Shown in pieces: positions 47,158 to 55,816 of a stretch of 64,000 nt of DNA (its first letter is position 1; each line of letters begins with the position of its first letter). Location: the NCBI GenBank assembly GCA_964564045.1, contig CAZLZP010000001.1, positions 9,039 through 73,038 on the forward strand, written 5' to 3'. The stretch is from an uncultured Rickettsiales bacterium (lineage in GTDB: Bacteria; Pseudomonadota; Alphaproteobacteria; Rickettsiales; UBA8987). The position numbers and the translations under genes were made by a program. The notes under the pieces are model-generated. The model was not told the origin of the DNA. It saw nothing but the letters and a program-made list of their open reading frames with translations, and did not search any database.

Positions 47158-47604
47158 ATGCCAGCCCATTCTGATAAATATCATTCATCTCACTCTGCAA
47201 AAGAACTATTTGATATAGTTGCAGATGTAGAGAAATATCCTGAGTTCCTGCCCTGGGTAACCGCCACAAGAATAACCGAAAGGTTCGAGAAACATTTCGT
47301 TGCCGATATGGTAGTGAATTTTAAAGGACTGACACAGAAATACACTTCGAAGGTTGATCTGATAACAGATAAGAATTTTCCTGAGATAGATGTAGGACTG
47401 GTGAAAGGACCTTTCAAGCATTTGAAAACACACTGGATATTTGAGCCGGCAGAGAAAGGTACCAATATAATTTTTGAACTGGATTTTAAATTTCAGTCTG
47501 CGGTGCTGGAAAAAATGATCGGCTATTTTTTTGAAAAGGCAGTAGGTAGAATGACCGATGCTTTCATTAAACGCGCCGATGACCTACTAGGAACTAGTAC
47601 TTAG
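47158..47604 (+). CDS. SRPBCC/START-fold protein (RatA / COQ10-like)
   Basis: 148 aa. 'LFDIVADVEKYPEFLPWV' is the characteristic RatA/Coq10 N-terminal block. Confidence 0.8.
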   Translation: MPAHSDKYHSSHSAKELFDIVADVEKYPEFLPWVTATRITERFEKHFVADMVVNFKGLTQKYTSKVDLITDKNFPEIDVGLVKGPFKHLKTHWIFEPAEKGTNIIFELDFKFQSAVLEKMIGYFFEKAVGRMTDAFIKRADDLLGTST

Positions 47605-48109
47605 CCTTAAGTTTTTTCGCAGTATTCTTAGAAACGAACTCTGCAACATTGCCGCTAAGCCTTGCCACTTCTTTAACCAGGCTGGACGCGATGAACTGGG
47701 TTTCTTCAGATGCGGGAATGAATATTGTTTGCACAGAAGGTTGCAGACGCGAATTCATTGAAGCCAGCTGGAATTCATATTCAAAATCACTCACCGCACG
47801 CAGGCCGCGCACAACAACCTTGGCTTTATTCTTTTTCGCAAAATTCATCAGCAGGCCGGTGAACCCAACAACTTCAATTCTATCAGTGAATTCGGGGCAA
47901 TATTCTTTTATATCGTTCTTTACCATATCAACCCTTTCCTTAAGATTGAACAGCGTGTTTTTAGGAGTATCGTTCGCTATGGCAACTATAAGCTTGTCGC
48001 AAATGCTCATTGAACTTATAACAACATCAATATGGCCAAGCGTTATAGGATCGAACGTACCGGGATATACCGCAACAGTACTTCTAGAATTTTGCTTTTT
48101 TGAGCTCAT
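47594..48109 (-). CDS. coaD: Phosphopantetheine adenylyltransferase
   Basis: 171 aa. 'AVYPGTFDPITLGHID', 'RGLRAVSDFEYE' and 'SSSLVKEV'-like motifs. Confidence 0.93.
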   Translation of the reverse strand: MSSKKQNSRSTVAVYPGTFDPITLGHIDVVISSMSICDKLIVAIANDTPKNTLFNLKERVDMVKNDIKEYCPEFTDRIEVVGFTGLLMNFAKKNKAKVVVRGLRAVSDFEYEFQLASMNSRLQPSVQTIFIPASEETQFIASSLVKEVARLSGNVAEFVSKNTAKKLKAKY

Positions 48110-49040
48110 TATATACCTTGCTTAATATTTTAGAAACCTTCTCAGGCGATATTTTCTTGCCAGATTGTTTAGCATTTGTAACCACAGAAGTAAAGCTTTT
48201 ATAGCCAGAACCAGCATATTCTGTGTATTTTAAAGGTATTATATCGATGTAGGAACTGGCAATTATTTTTGCCGCAACATCGAACTCGTTTTTACCACTA
48301 TACGAAGATACATATTTAAGTTTGCGTAAAAATGAACTTAAGAATTCCTTATGAACTTTTTTCAGATTTTCTGAATTGAATTTGAATATTTCAACCCACA
48401 TGTCTTCCGGAGAGTTCATCAGACGGGAAAACTCTCCCCCACCCTTCGGGAATATTTTAGAGATACTATGGCTTATATATTGAACATAGTGCGAAACATA
48501 AGCATATATCTCATCGTGCTTTTTTGCATTTAGAAATTCAATCTCGACCCCTGCATCACGCCAAAGTTCAGCAATTTTTTTGCCTTTTTTACAGTTTGCA
48601 GTTTTGCATATGATAAGTTTTTTACCTTTATACAGGTTAGCTGAAGCGTGCTCAATACCGCCTTTTTCCTTACCTGCTATTGGGTGCGCTGGCACAAAGA
48701 AGCTTTTGTATTTTTCAGGAATAGTTTTAAGAGCCTGCTGCACCGGTGCAAATTTTACTGACCCGACATCAGAGATTATTCTTTTACCATCAAGATATTT
48801 TAAAAGTTTTTTACAGATAGCAGAATACGAGCCCAGCGGTGTTGCTATTATTATTACTTCTGAATTCTCGGCAAGCTGCTCAACCGAATCAAAATATTTA
48901 TCAACCGCATTAAGCTTAACAGCTTTTTTAGAGACCTCTGCCCTTCTGTTCCAGCAATACACCTTATGCCTGCCTGATGCCTTAAGCGCCAAAGCCAGCG
49001 AACCGCCGATCAAACCTGTTCCGATTATACCTACGCGCAT
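48084..49040 (-). CDS. tyrA: Prephenate/arogenate dehydrogenase family protein
   Basis: 318 aa. Rossmann 'IIGTGLIGGS', 'DVGSVK', 'HPIAGKEKGG' and 'HDEIYAYVSH'. Confidence 0.78.
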   Translation of the reverse strand: MRVGIIGTGLIGGSLALALKASGRHKVYCWNRRAEVSKKAVKLNAVDKYFDSVEQLAENSEVIIIATPLGSYSAICKKLLKYLDGKRIISDVGSVKFAPVQQALKTIPEKYKSFFVPAHPIAGKEKGGIEHASANLYKGKKLIICKTANCKKGKKIAELWRDAGVEIEFLNAKKHDEIYAYVSHYVQYISHSISKIFPKGGGEFSRLMNSPEDMWVEIFKFNSENLKKVHKEFLSSFLRKLKYVSSYSGKNEFDVAAKIIASSYIDIIPLKYTEYAGSGYKSFTSVVTNAKQSGKKISPEKVSKILSKVYNELKKAKF

Positions 49041-49366
49041 TAGAATTTCTTAGGTTTGTATAATTTTGTAACTTCAACCCCAACCTTTTCAGACTCCGGA
49101 GAAAGAACAACCTCACACTCCGCAATTTTATTTCCGTCAACTATCAGATCAAGCGATTCGGCCCTTCCCTTTCCAAGTTCAACTATTGAACCGCGGGTTA
49201 TTTTAAGATACTGGCCTATAGGCATTTTAATTTTGCCCAGCAATACCTTCATGTTGAGTTTTATATCACCAAAACCCTGCAGGCTGGATAAAATTTCTGC
49301 CGGCTGCATAGGTGCGGCAGTTTCTTGTTGATTATTCTCTTTATTTTCTTCACTCATATTAGTCAA
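49040..49366 (-). CDS. fliN: Flagellar motor switch protein FliN (SpoA domain)
   Basis: 108 aa. 'IKLNMKVLLGKIKMPIGQYLKITRGSIVELGKGRAESLDLIVDGNKIAECEVV' matches the FliN C-terminal domain. Confidence 0.85.
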   Translation of the reverse strand: MTNMSEENKENNQQETAAPMQPAEILSSLQGFGDIKLNMKVLLGKIKMPIGQYLKITRGSIVELGKGRAESLDLIVDGNKIAECEVVLSPESEKVGVEVTKLYKPKKF

Positions 49367-49386
49367 AATACACTAAATATTATTTT

Positions 49387-50172
49387 ATGGAAAGTTTATT
49401 ACAAGATAGGTTATTTCTATTGCTTCTGTCTGGCCTTTTTGGTGCTTTATTCGGCAGTTTTGCAACAGCTTTGATATACCGATTGCCAAGAGAAATTAAC
49501 TGGGTAAGCAAAAGATCTGCCTGCAGCAAGTGCGGCCATACACTAGGCGCCCTAGACCTTATTCCGCTGCTGACATATATATTCACGCTGGGAAAATGCA
49601 GATATTGTAAAACCAAATTCGGCAGTACGTATCTTTTGATAGAATTACTGATGGTGGCAGGTTTTATACTCTCGGCCTACTTATTCGGACCAACATTCAA
49701 AACAGTGATAATTTGCATATTGGTATTTGCCACCATCATTATTTTTGCCGTAGATTTTGAGCATTATATCATTCCCGATGAGGTAAACATTCTTATATTC
49801 CTGACTGGCCTGGCATATGCCATTTACAATAACTCTGGCATGGAGCAGTATCTATTCATGCCTTTATTCTACCTGGCGCTGGCGCTGGCGCTAAGGTACC
49901 TAATGTTCTTCTGGAAAAAGAAAGAGGGCCTTGGCCTTGGTGATGTTAAATTCTTTCTGGCAGCCGGTACTTTCTTATCAATAGAAAGTCTTTCCATTTT
50001 TCTTTTTATATCTGGTGCAACTGGAATTGTTATTGCTATAATATGGAAAATTCTGAAGAAGGGTGATATCTTTCCATTCGGACCCGCTTTATCACTTTCG
50101 TTGCTTTTTTGTGTCGCTTTCCCGGAAAGCAATCAAAAATTAATAACGTTTGTGCAAGAATTGATTTATTAG
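49387..50172 (+). CDS. pilD: Type IV prepilin peptidase (A24 family)
   Basis: 261 aa. N-terminal Cys pairs 'CSKCGH...CRYCKT', polytopic, with catalytic Asp contexts 'FAVDFEHYIIPD' and 'GLGLGDVKF'. Confidence 0.88.
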   Translation: MESLLQDRLFLLLLSGLFGALFGSFATALIYRLPREINWVSKRSACSKCGHTLGALDLIPLLTYIFTLGKCRYCKTKFGSTYLLIELLMVAGFILSAYLFGPTFKTVIICILVFATIIIFAVDFEHYIIPDEVNILIFLTGLAYAIYNNSGMEQYLFMPLFYLALALALRYLMFFWKKKEGLGLGDVKFFLAAGTFLSIESLSIFLFISGATGIVIAIIWKILKKGDIFPFGPALSLSLLFCVAFPESNQKLITFVQELIY

Positions 50173-50241
50173 TATTTTTTTTACCTATTTATAATATTTA
50201 GATATATATTCAGAATAGGGGAATGGTGTTTTTTCATTAAA

Positions 50242-52092
50242 ATGATGACAAGTAGCTACAAAAAATTATTTATTACTCTTTTTCTTTCCGGGGCAACCTT
50301 CTCGTGCCAGATGAACAACGATTACGACGAAACAAGAAAAGAAGGTTATAAAACATTCCCGAAAAGAGAAGATAGCTGGTTCAGCAATCCAAAAGATAAG
50401 CTTGATCCATACGGCGACCTGAGCAGGGCTGACTATGAGGGAGTTATCAACACCGACAGAAAATTCCTGGCAGCCACCGGCCCGGTTACCCCTAAAATAA
50501 AAATGCCTAATCTTACCGACCTTCTGGAAGATCCTGAAGAGCAAACTCTTATAAGCGATAAGCTTGTTTCTATTTCTGTGAACGAAAATGTTCCGCTTAA
50601 AGATGTTATAGTTGAGTTGGCAAGAAGGGCCGAGGTTGATGTTGAAATAGACCAGGATATAAGCGGCGGTATAATATTTATTGCGAAAGATAAGCCTTTC
50701 TCTCAGGTTATTGACAGAATATGCAAAATGGCCGGCCTGAGATATTCTTTCTCTGATGGTATATTAAAAATAGAAGGTGATAACCCTTACGTAAAAAATT
50801 ACAAATTCAACTTACTTGATATAACCAGAAAATCTCAGTCGAGCATTAATACTTCTTTCTCTGTTGGCGGCTCAGAATCAGGCGGCTCTAATTCTTCGGG
50901 AAACAGCGAGAGCGACAGTAATGCCGGAGGCGGTACTTTTGCTGGCGGCTCTAATTCTTCCTTAGATTCTCAGTCTGGTGATGGTGATATCTGGAAGAAC
51001 ATATCTGATGGCGTTACAAAAATTCTTTCTATGTATACCAGTAAAAAGGCCGCCCCTGCTGAAGGGCAAGATGCTTCTGCTGGCAGCAGTGGTATAATAT
51101 CTGTGAACAAGAATGCCGGGATGATTTCTTTAATTGCCACTGATAAACAACATGCAGCTGTTAAGGAATATTTAGACAGAGTTCATATTGAACTTACCTC
51201 TCAGGTGCTAATTGAAGCAAGGGTTGTTGAAGTTAACCTTAGTGATGAATACAGCAGTGGTATAAACTGGAACCTTGTAACAAAAGGAGCCAGCACAACT
51301 AATAACCTTGCTATTGGTGGTAGTTTAGGAGCTGCAGAAGCAGCTATTGATCAGTTAGACGGTGATAGTTTCAAGTTGTCTTTATTGCCTTCAACCCTGT
51401 TCGGTGAAGATGCCACTATTGCTTCATCTATAGAATTATTACAAACATTCGGCACTACCCGCTCTCTTTCCAACCCAAGAATAAGCGCGCTTAATAATCA
51501 GTTTGCCGTGCTTAATTTCTCTACCAATGAAGTATATTTTGAGGTTGAACAGAATAGTACCACAACTACCAGTGCCGGCGGTTCGAATGACCAGAACTCT
51601 GTATCAACTAACATAAGAAGTGTTCCTATTGGGGTTGTGCTTACGCTGCAACCTTCTATTGATCTTCAGAAGAGTGAAGTACTTATGAGTGTAAGGCCTA
51701 CTTTAACAAGAGTTACGTCTAGGGTTGAAGATCCGGGCGCACAAATTATTGCGGCCGGTGAGGATAATCTAAATCTGGATTCTTTCTCCTCAAAAATACC
51801 AGTGGTTGATACCAGAGAGCTTGATACTATGCTGCGCATTAAGAATGGCGAGATAATGGTTATTGGTGGCTTGCTTGAAGAAAGATCTGAAAATACTGAT
51901 ACTGGCTTACCTGGTATTTCAAGAATTCCTTATTTCGGTAATGCCTTTAAAGGTGTTAGTAAAACAACCACGAATATTGAAACTGTTATCTTTATAAAAG
52001 CTACCATAGTTCCTGGTAAAGGCGTTTCAGTTGAAGATGAAGATTTCTACAAAAAGTTTACAACGGCTAGAACAAAGTTCATGCCAAACTAA
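50242..52092 (+). CDS. Secretin-family outer-membrane channel (MshL/PilQ/GspD-like), probable lipoprotein
   Basis: 616 aa. Signal peptide ending 'ATFSC', N-domains, an S/G-rich linker and a C-terminal secretin domain ('VLIEARVVEV', 'PVVDTRELDT', 'GLPGISRIPYFGNAFK'). Confidence 0.85.
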   Translation: MMTSSYKKLFITLFLSGATFSCQMNNDYDETRKEGYKTFPKREDSWFSNPKDKLDPYGDLSRADYEGVINTDRKFLAATGPVTPKIKMPNLTDLLEDPEEQTLISDKLVSISVNENVPLKDVIVELARRAEVDVEIDQDISGGIIFIAKDKPFSQVIDRICKMAGLRYSFSDGILKIEGDNPYVKNYKFNLLDITRKSQSSINTSFSVGGSESGGSNSSGNSESDSNAGGGTFAGGSNSSLDSQSGDGDIWKNISDGVTKILSMYTSKKAAPAEGQDASAGSSGIISVNKNAGMISLIATDKQHAAVKEYLDRVHIELTSQVLIEARVVEVNLSDEYSSGINWNLVTKGASTTNNLAIGGSLGAAEAAIDQLDGDSFKLSLLPSTLFGEDATIASSIELLQTFGTTRSLSNPRISALNNQFAVLNFSTNEVYFEVEQNSTTTTSAGGSNDQNSVSTNIRSVPIGVVLTLQPSIDLQKSEVLMSVRPTLTRVTSRVEDPGAQIIAAGEDNLNLDSFSSKIPVVDTRELDTMLRIKNGEIMVIGGLLEERSENTDTGLPGISRIPYFGNAFKGVSKTTTNIETVIFIKATIVPGKGVSVEDEDFYKKFTTARTKFMPN

Positions 52093-52131
52093 AATCTTTA
52101 CAAATCTTCAGTAAGCGTTAATTTACATTCC

Positions 52132-52899
52132 ATGATTACCACTATTAGATATGTTCTGCTTACCGCATTGCGTGACTGGCTTTTTATGGGCCTTCTGGGC
52201 TCGCTTCTGGTTGCCGTGTTCATCTCGTACTTCATGGGTTCTACAGTACTTGTAGAAAAGAACGAAATAGCTTCAAGCTTCACCGCCGGCTCTACCAGAA
52301 TTATTCTGGTGGTAGGCATGATAGTATTTGTCTGCTTTCACGTTAGAAGGGCCTTCGAAAATAAAGAGATTGAACTGATGCTATCCCGCCCGATATCTCG
52401 CGAACAATTTGTGGTATCTTACTGGCTAGGCTTTTCGGTTGTAGCCACAATAATAGTTGCCGTTATAACTTTATTCATAATGTCGTTCTACGGATTTAAT
52501 TATAAGGGCCTTTCATTCTGGGCCACCACAATGGAGTTCGAGATACTTATAGTGATAGCCTTCTCGGTGTTTGCTTCTATCATACTTAAATCATCTGTTT
52601 CATCTGTTATGTTAAGTTTTGGCTTTTATATAATATCCCGAATGATCGGGTTCTTTTCATATGTACTGGAAAAACATCCGGCAACAGAGATACTGAGTTT
52701 CGATTTTTATTCACATAAGGTTATCTGGCTTGCCTCTTATCTGCTTCCAAGGCTTGATCTGTTCTGCCAAAGCAAATGGCTTATATATGGCGTTAATTTC
52801 TCAGAATTCAACTGGTTCATACCGGTTGTGCAAACTGCAATTTATGTTCCTTTATTGCTTACAATGGCAGCGATAGACTTTAAACGTAAACAGTTTTAG
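52132..52899 (+). CDS. Polytopic membrane protein, ABC-2-type permease-like
   Basis: 255 aa with ~6 TM helices. 'ENKEIELMLSRPISR' resembles the conserved loop of ABC-2/GldF-like permeases. No ATPase gene is nearby. Confidence 0.5.
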   Translation: MITTIRYVLLTALRDWLFMGLLGSLLVAVFISYFMGSTVLVEKNEIASSFTAGSTRIILVVGMIVFVCFHVRRAFENKEIELMLSRPISREQFVVSYWLGFSVVATIIVAVITLFIMSFYGFNYKGLSFWATTMEFEILIVIAFSVFASIILKSSVSSVMLSFGFYIISRMIGFFSYVLEKHPATEILSFDFYSHKVIWLASYLLPRLDLFCQSKWLIYGVNFSEFNWFIPVVQTAIYVPLLLTMAAIDFKRKQF

Positions 52900-52913
52900 G
52901 TTGCTTTTTCTTT

Positions 52914-53756
52914 ATGAAAAAAACTAATACACTTACCCTGTTCATATTCTTTCTGTTAACATTACAATTCTTCTTCTGGAATGGAATAAGATCTGGTTTC
53001 GAAAGCTCTGCTAAGGTTGAATGGAAAGGCACCAGAAGCATCAAGCCTGAGCTGGAAGTGGTTCCCGCCGCGCCTTCAAAAGAAATGCTGAAAGCCTTCT
53101 CGTTCGGTGATGAACAGCTTACTTTCCGTTATAACGGTTATATCATGCAGTTCCTTGGTGATACATTCGGCAGGGTAACCCCATTAAAAGACTATAACTT
53201 TGAAAGACTGTACAGGTGGTGGGTTCTTTTGGATGAGGTTGATTCTGATTCAAACCTTATAGCATATATAGTTGCTTATTATTATGGGTCAACACAGGAT
53301 TCTGCGGGTGATATACCTTATGTTGTAGATTTTCTTGAGCTTCATTCTGATAAACACCCGTCTGAAAACTGGTGGTGGTATTCTCAGGCTATATATTATG
53401 CCAAGCATAAGCTTAATGATACTGATCGCGCACTAAGAATAGCAAAAAAACTTGCCGAACTTCCCAAAGATCTTGATATTCCTATATGGACCAGGCAGTT
53501 GCAGGCCTTCATATACGAAGGTAGGGGCGAATATAAACAAGCTTGTGATATTGCAGTTAACGTAATTCGTGATTACGGGGCAGGAAAACTTGATCAGGGT
53601 GAGATAAATTTTATGTTCGACTTTATTAAAGAGCGCCTTAGAAAGCTAATTGAAAAGGAATCTACCATTGCCAAGGCTGATATAAGTGATGCCTGCAGGG
53701 AGCTAATGGAAGTGCAGAAAGCTAACGATCTTAGAGAAAAGGCCAGCCGACCTTAA
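52914..53756 (+). CDS. Hypothetical membrane-anchored/exported helical protein
   Basis: 280 aa. Hydrophobic N-terminus, then a W/Y-rich helical region ('SENWWWYSQAIYYAKHKLNDTDRALRIAKKLA', possibly TPR-like). I do not recognise a family. Confidence 0.5.
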   Translation: MKKTNTLTLFIFFLLTLQFFFWNGIRSGFESSAKVEWKGTRSIKPELEVVPAAPSKEMLKAFSFGDEQLTFRYNGYIMQFLGDTFGRVTPLKDYNFERLYRWWVLLDEVDSDSNLIAYIVAYYYGSTQDSAGDIPYVVDFLELHSDKHPSENWWWYSQAIYYAKHKLNDTDRALRIAKKLAELPKDLDIPIWTRQLQAFIYEGRGEYKQACDIAVNVIRDYGAGKLDQGEINFMFDFIKERLRKLIEKESTIAKADISDACRELMEVQKANDLREKASRP

Positions 53757-53817
53757 TCGATAAACCCTAAGAATCCCCTTTCAATTGATATTTTCCTGAG
53801 TAAAACTATCCCTTAGT

Positions 53818-55053
53818 ATGAGTAATGAAATCAAATATGAAGAGTTTTACCGCATTAAAAGGCTTCCGCCTTACGTTTTTGCTGAAGTAAATTATGCAAA
53901 GGCCGAGGCAAGAAAACGCGGTGAGGATATTATAGATTTTGGCATGGGCAACCCCGATTCCCCTGCACCAGAGCATGTTATCAGAAAAATGAAAGAAACC
54001 ATCTCTCGCCCTGATATCCATGGTTACGGCGTATCTCAGGGCTTGCTTGGTTTGCGCAAAGCGGTTGCAGGTTATTACGAAAGAAGGTTCCATGTAGACC
54101 TTGATCCGGAAACAGAAATAACCTGTTCACAGGGTTCAAAGGAAGGTTTGTATCATCTGGCTGTAGCTATATCTAAGCCTGGTGATAATATAATTGTGCC
54201 AGACCCTAGCTACCCCATTCACACATATGGCTTTATGCTTGCTGAGGCCGCTATTCATTCTATTCCGAGAGATTTCTCGGTTGATACTGCAACTGATTTA
54301 CTACCTAAATTCAAGCACGCTATTGAAACTTTAAATCCAAAACCACTTGCTATTGTGGTTAACTACCCTTGCAACCCAACCTCTGAAACTGTTGATATCT
54401 CGTTCTATCAAGAGCTTGTGGATATTTGCAGAAAATATAATGTTATTCTTATATCTGATTTGGCTTACAACGAAATTTATTTCGATAACAACCCTCCGCC
54501 ATCTGTTTTGCAGGTTAAAAATGCTAAAGATGTAGCGGTTGAATTCACCACCTTAAGTAAAACCTATTCAATGGCTGGCTGGAGAGTTGGTTTCTGCGTT
54601 GGCAATAAAGAAATAATCAAGGCTCAGAAACGTGTTAAATCTTACCTAGATTACGGCAGTTTCATGCCAATACAAATAGCAGCTACACACGCTCTGAACG
54701 GCCCGCAAGATTGCGTTGAGGGCTTCAGGAATTTATATCATTCCCGCCGCGATATTATGTGCGATGGGTTAATTAAAGCTGGCTGGGATATAACACCACC
54801 TAAAGCTTCTATGTTCCTATGGGCAAGAATACCTGAAAAATTTAGAAGTATGGGCTCGGTAGAATTTGCTAAACTGCTTTTAAAAGAGGCTAAAGTAGCT
54901 GTTTCTCCTGGTGCAGGCTTTGGTCTTCATGGTGATGAATATGTTCGTATATCTTTCATTGAAAATGAACAAAGAACACGCCAGGCCGTACGCAACATAA
55001 AGCAGTTCTTCAAGAAAGAAGGGATTGCTCCCAAAGATTCTAAAGTAGCATAG
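53818..55053 (+). CDS. Class I/II PLP-dependent aminotransferase (AlaC/aspartate aminotransferase-like)
   Basis: 411 aa. 'LPPYVFAEV', 'NYPCNPT' and the PLP-lysine context 'TLSKTYSMAGWRVGF'. Confidence 0.86.
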   Translation: MSNEIKYEEFYRIKRLPPYVFAEVNYAKAEARKRGEDIIDFGMGNPDSPAPEHVIRKMKETISRPDIHGYGVSQGLLGLRKAVAGYYERRFHVDLDPETEITCSQGSKEGLYHLAVAISKPGDNIIVPDPSYPIHTYGFMLAEAAIHSIPRDFSVDTATDLLPKFKHAIETLNPKPLAIVVNYPCNPTSETVDISFYQELVDICRKYNVILISDLAYNEIYFDNNPPPSVLQVKNAKDVAVEFTTLSKTYSMAGWRVGFCVGNKEIIKAQKRVKSYLDYGSFMPIQIAATHALNGPQDCVEGFRNLYHSRRDIMCDGLIKAGWDITPPKASMFLWARIPEKFRSMGSVEFAKLLLKEAKVAVSPGAGFGLHGDEYVRISFIENEQRTRQAVRNIKQFFKKEGIAPKDSKVA

Positions 55054-55127
55054 TTACGTTGTAAATTTCCCACTTTAAACCATTAAACTTATCAAAATCA
55101 GGCAAATATTTGCTGTTTCCGTTTGTG

Positions 55128-55165
55128 TATAATTCTAGATTTCTATAAATATTTATATAATTCTA
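55128..55165 (+). promoter_or_regulatory. Direct repeat TATAATTCTA x2 upstream of vapB (candidate -10 element and/or operator)
   Basis: Exact 10-mers at 55128-55137 and 55156-55165, 28 bp apart. Each contains TATAAT. Confidence 0.3.
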
Positions 55166-55181
55166 CCTAATATGTTAAAAC

Positions 55182-55412
55182 ATGCTGAATATAAAGAATA
55201 AAGAAACATATAAACTGGCCCAAGAATTATCGAAGATAACTGGCAAATCGATGACGCATGCCGTTACAGAAGCGGTTAGAGAGAAGCTTGAAAGCGAGAA
55301 AGTTAAGTCGTACAAGAAAAAACACAAAATAGCTGATGAATTGCTAAAAATTGCGAACCGAATTCTAAAAATCAATCAATATAACAACACTACTGATGGA
55401 GGTAGCTTATGA
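55182..55412 (+). CDS. vapB: VapB-type antitoxin
   Basis: 76 aa. 'MLNIKNKETYKLAQELSKITGKSMTHAVTEAVREKLE' fits the small VapB antitoxin family. It overlaps the PIN gene by ATGA. Confidence 0.75.
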   Translation: MLNIKNKETYKLAQELSKITGKSMTHAVTEAVREKLESEKVKSYKKKHKIADELLKIANRILKINQYNNTTDGGSL

Positions 55413-55801
55413 TAGTAGATAAATCTGCGATCATTTCGATACTAAATCTTGAAGATGATGCAAAGCTGTTCGCCAATGCAATACAGGAAAGTGACCATGT
55501 TTATATATCTGCGGTAAATTATTTTGAGGTTTCCGCCTATGTAGAGAACAAATTCCGTGATGTTGGCTCTCGCGAACTTGATACCTTCTTTAAAAAGGCC
55601 GATATACGAATATATGATGTTGATGAAAATATTGTAGATCTGGCACGTGAAGCCTACAGGTTCTACGGCAAGCAGAAATTCCCTGATAGTGGCCTTGCTT
55701 TTGGTGATTGCTTCGCTTATGCCACCGCAAAATATTTGGGTGAACCACTGCTTTTTAAGGGTGACCATTTCAAAAATACTGATATAGTAGCAGCCGCATA
55801 A
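55409..55801 (+). CDS. vapC: VapC PIN-domain ribonuclease toxin
   Basis: 130 aa. PIN acidic residues lie in 'MIVDKSA', 'YFEVSAY', 'FGDCFAY' and 'KGDHF'. Confidence 0.9.
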   Translation: MIVDKSAIISILNLEDDAKLFANAIQESDHVYISAVNYFEVSAYVENKFRDVGSRELDTFFKKADIRIYDVDENIVDLAREAYRFYGKQKFPDSGLAFGDCFAYATAKYLGEPLLFKGDHFKNTDIVAAA

Positions 55802-55816
55802 ACAGCGGTTAAGCTA

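Noticed and set aside
47108-47269. N-terminal extensions in the ORF track for tsaD (54 aa, to 47269), ugd (12 aa, to 59131) and the first cheY (14 aa, to 31257).
   Set aside because: The conserved family N-termini (MVKILGIETSCDET, MKTVVIGTGYVG, MAKIALVVDDS) begin at internal ATGs. The tsaD extension would also overlap the divergent ratA-like gene.
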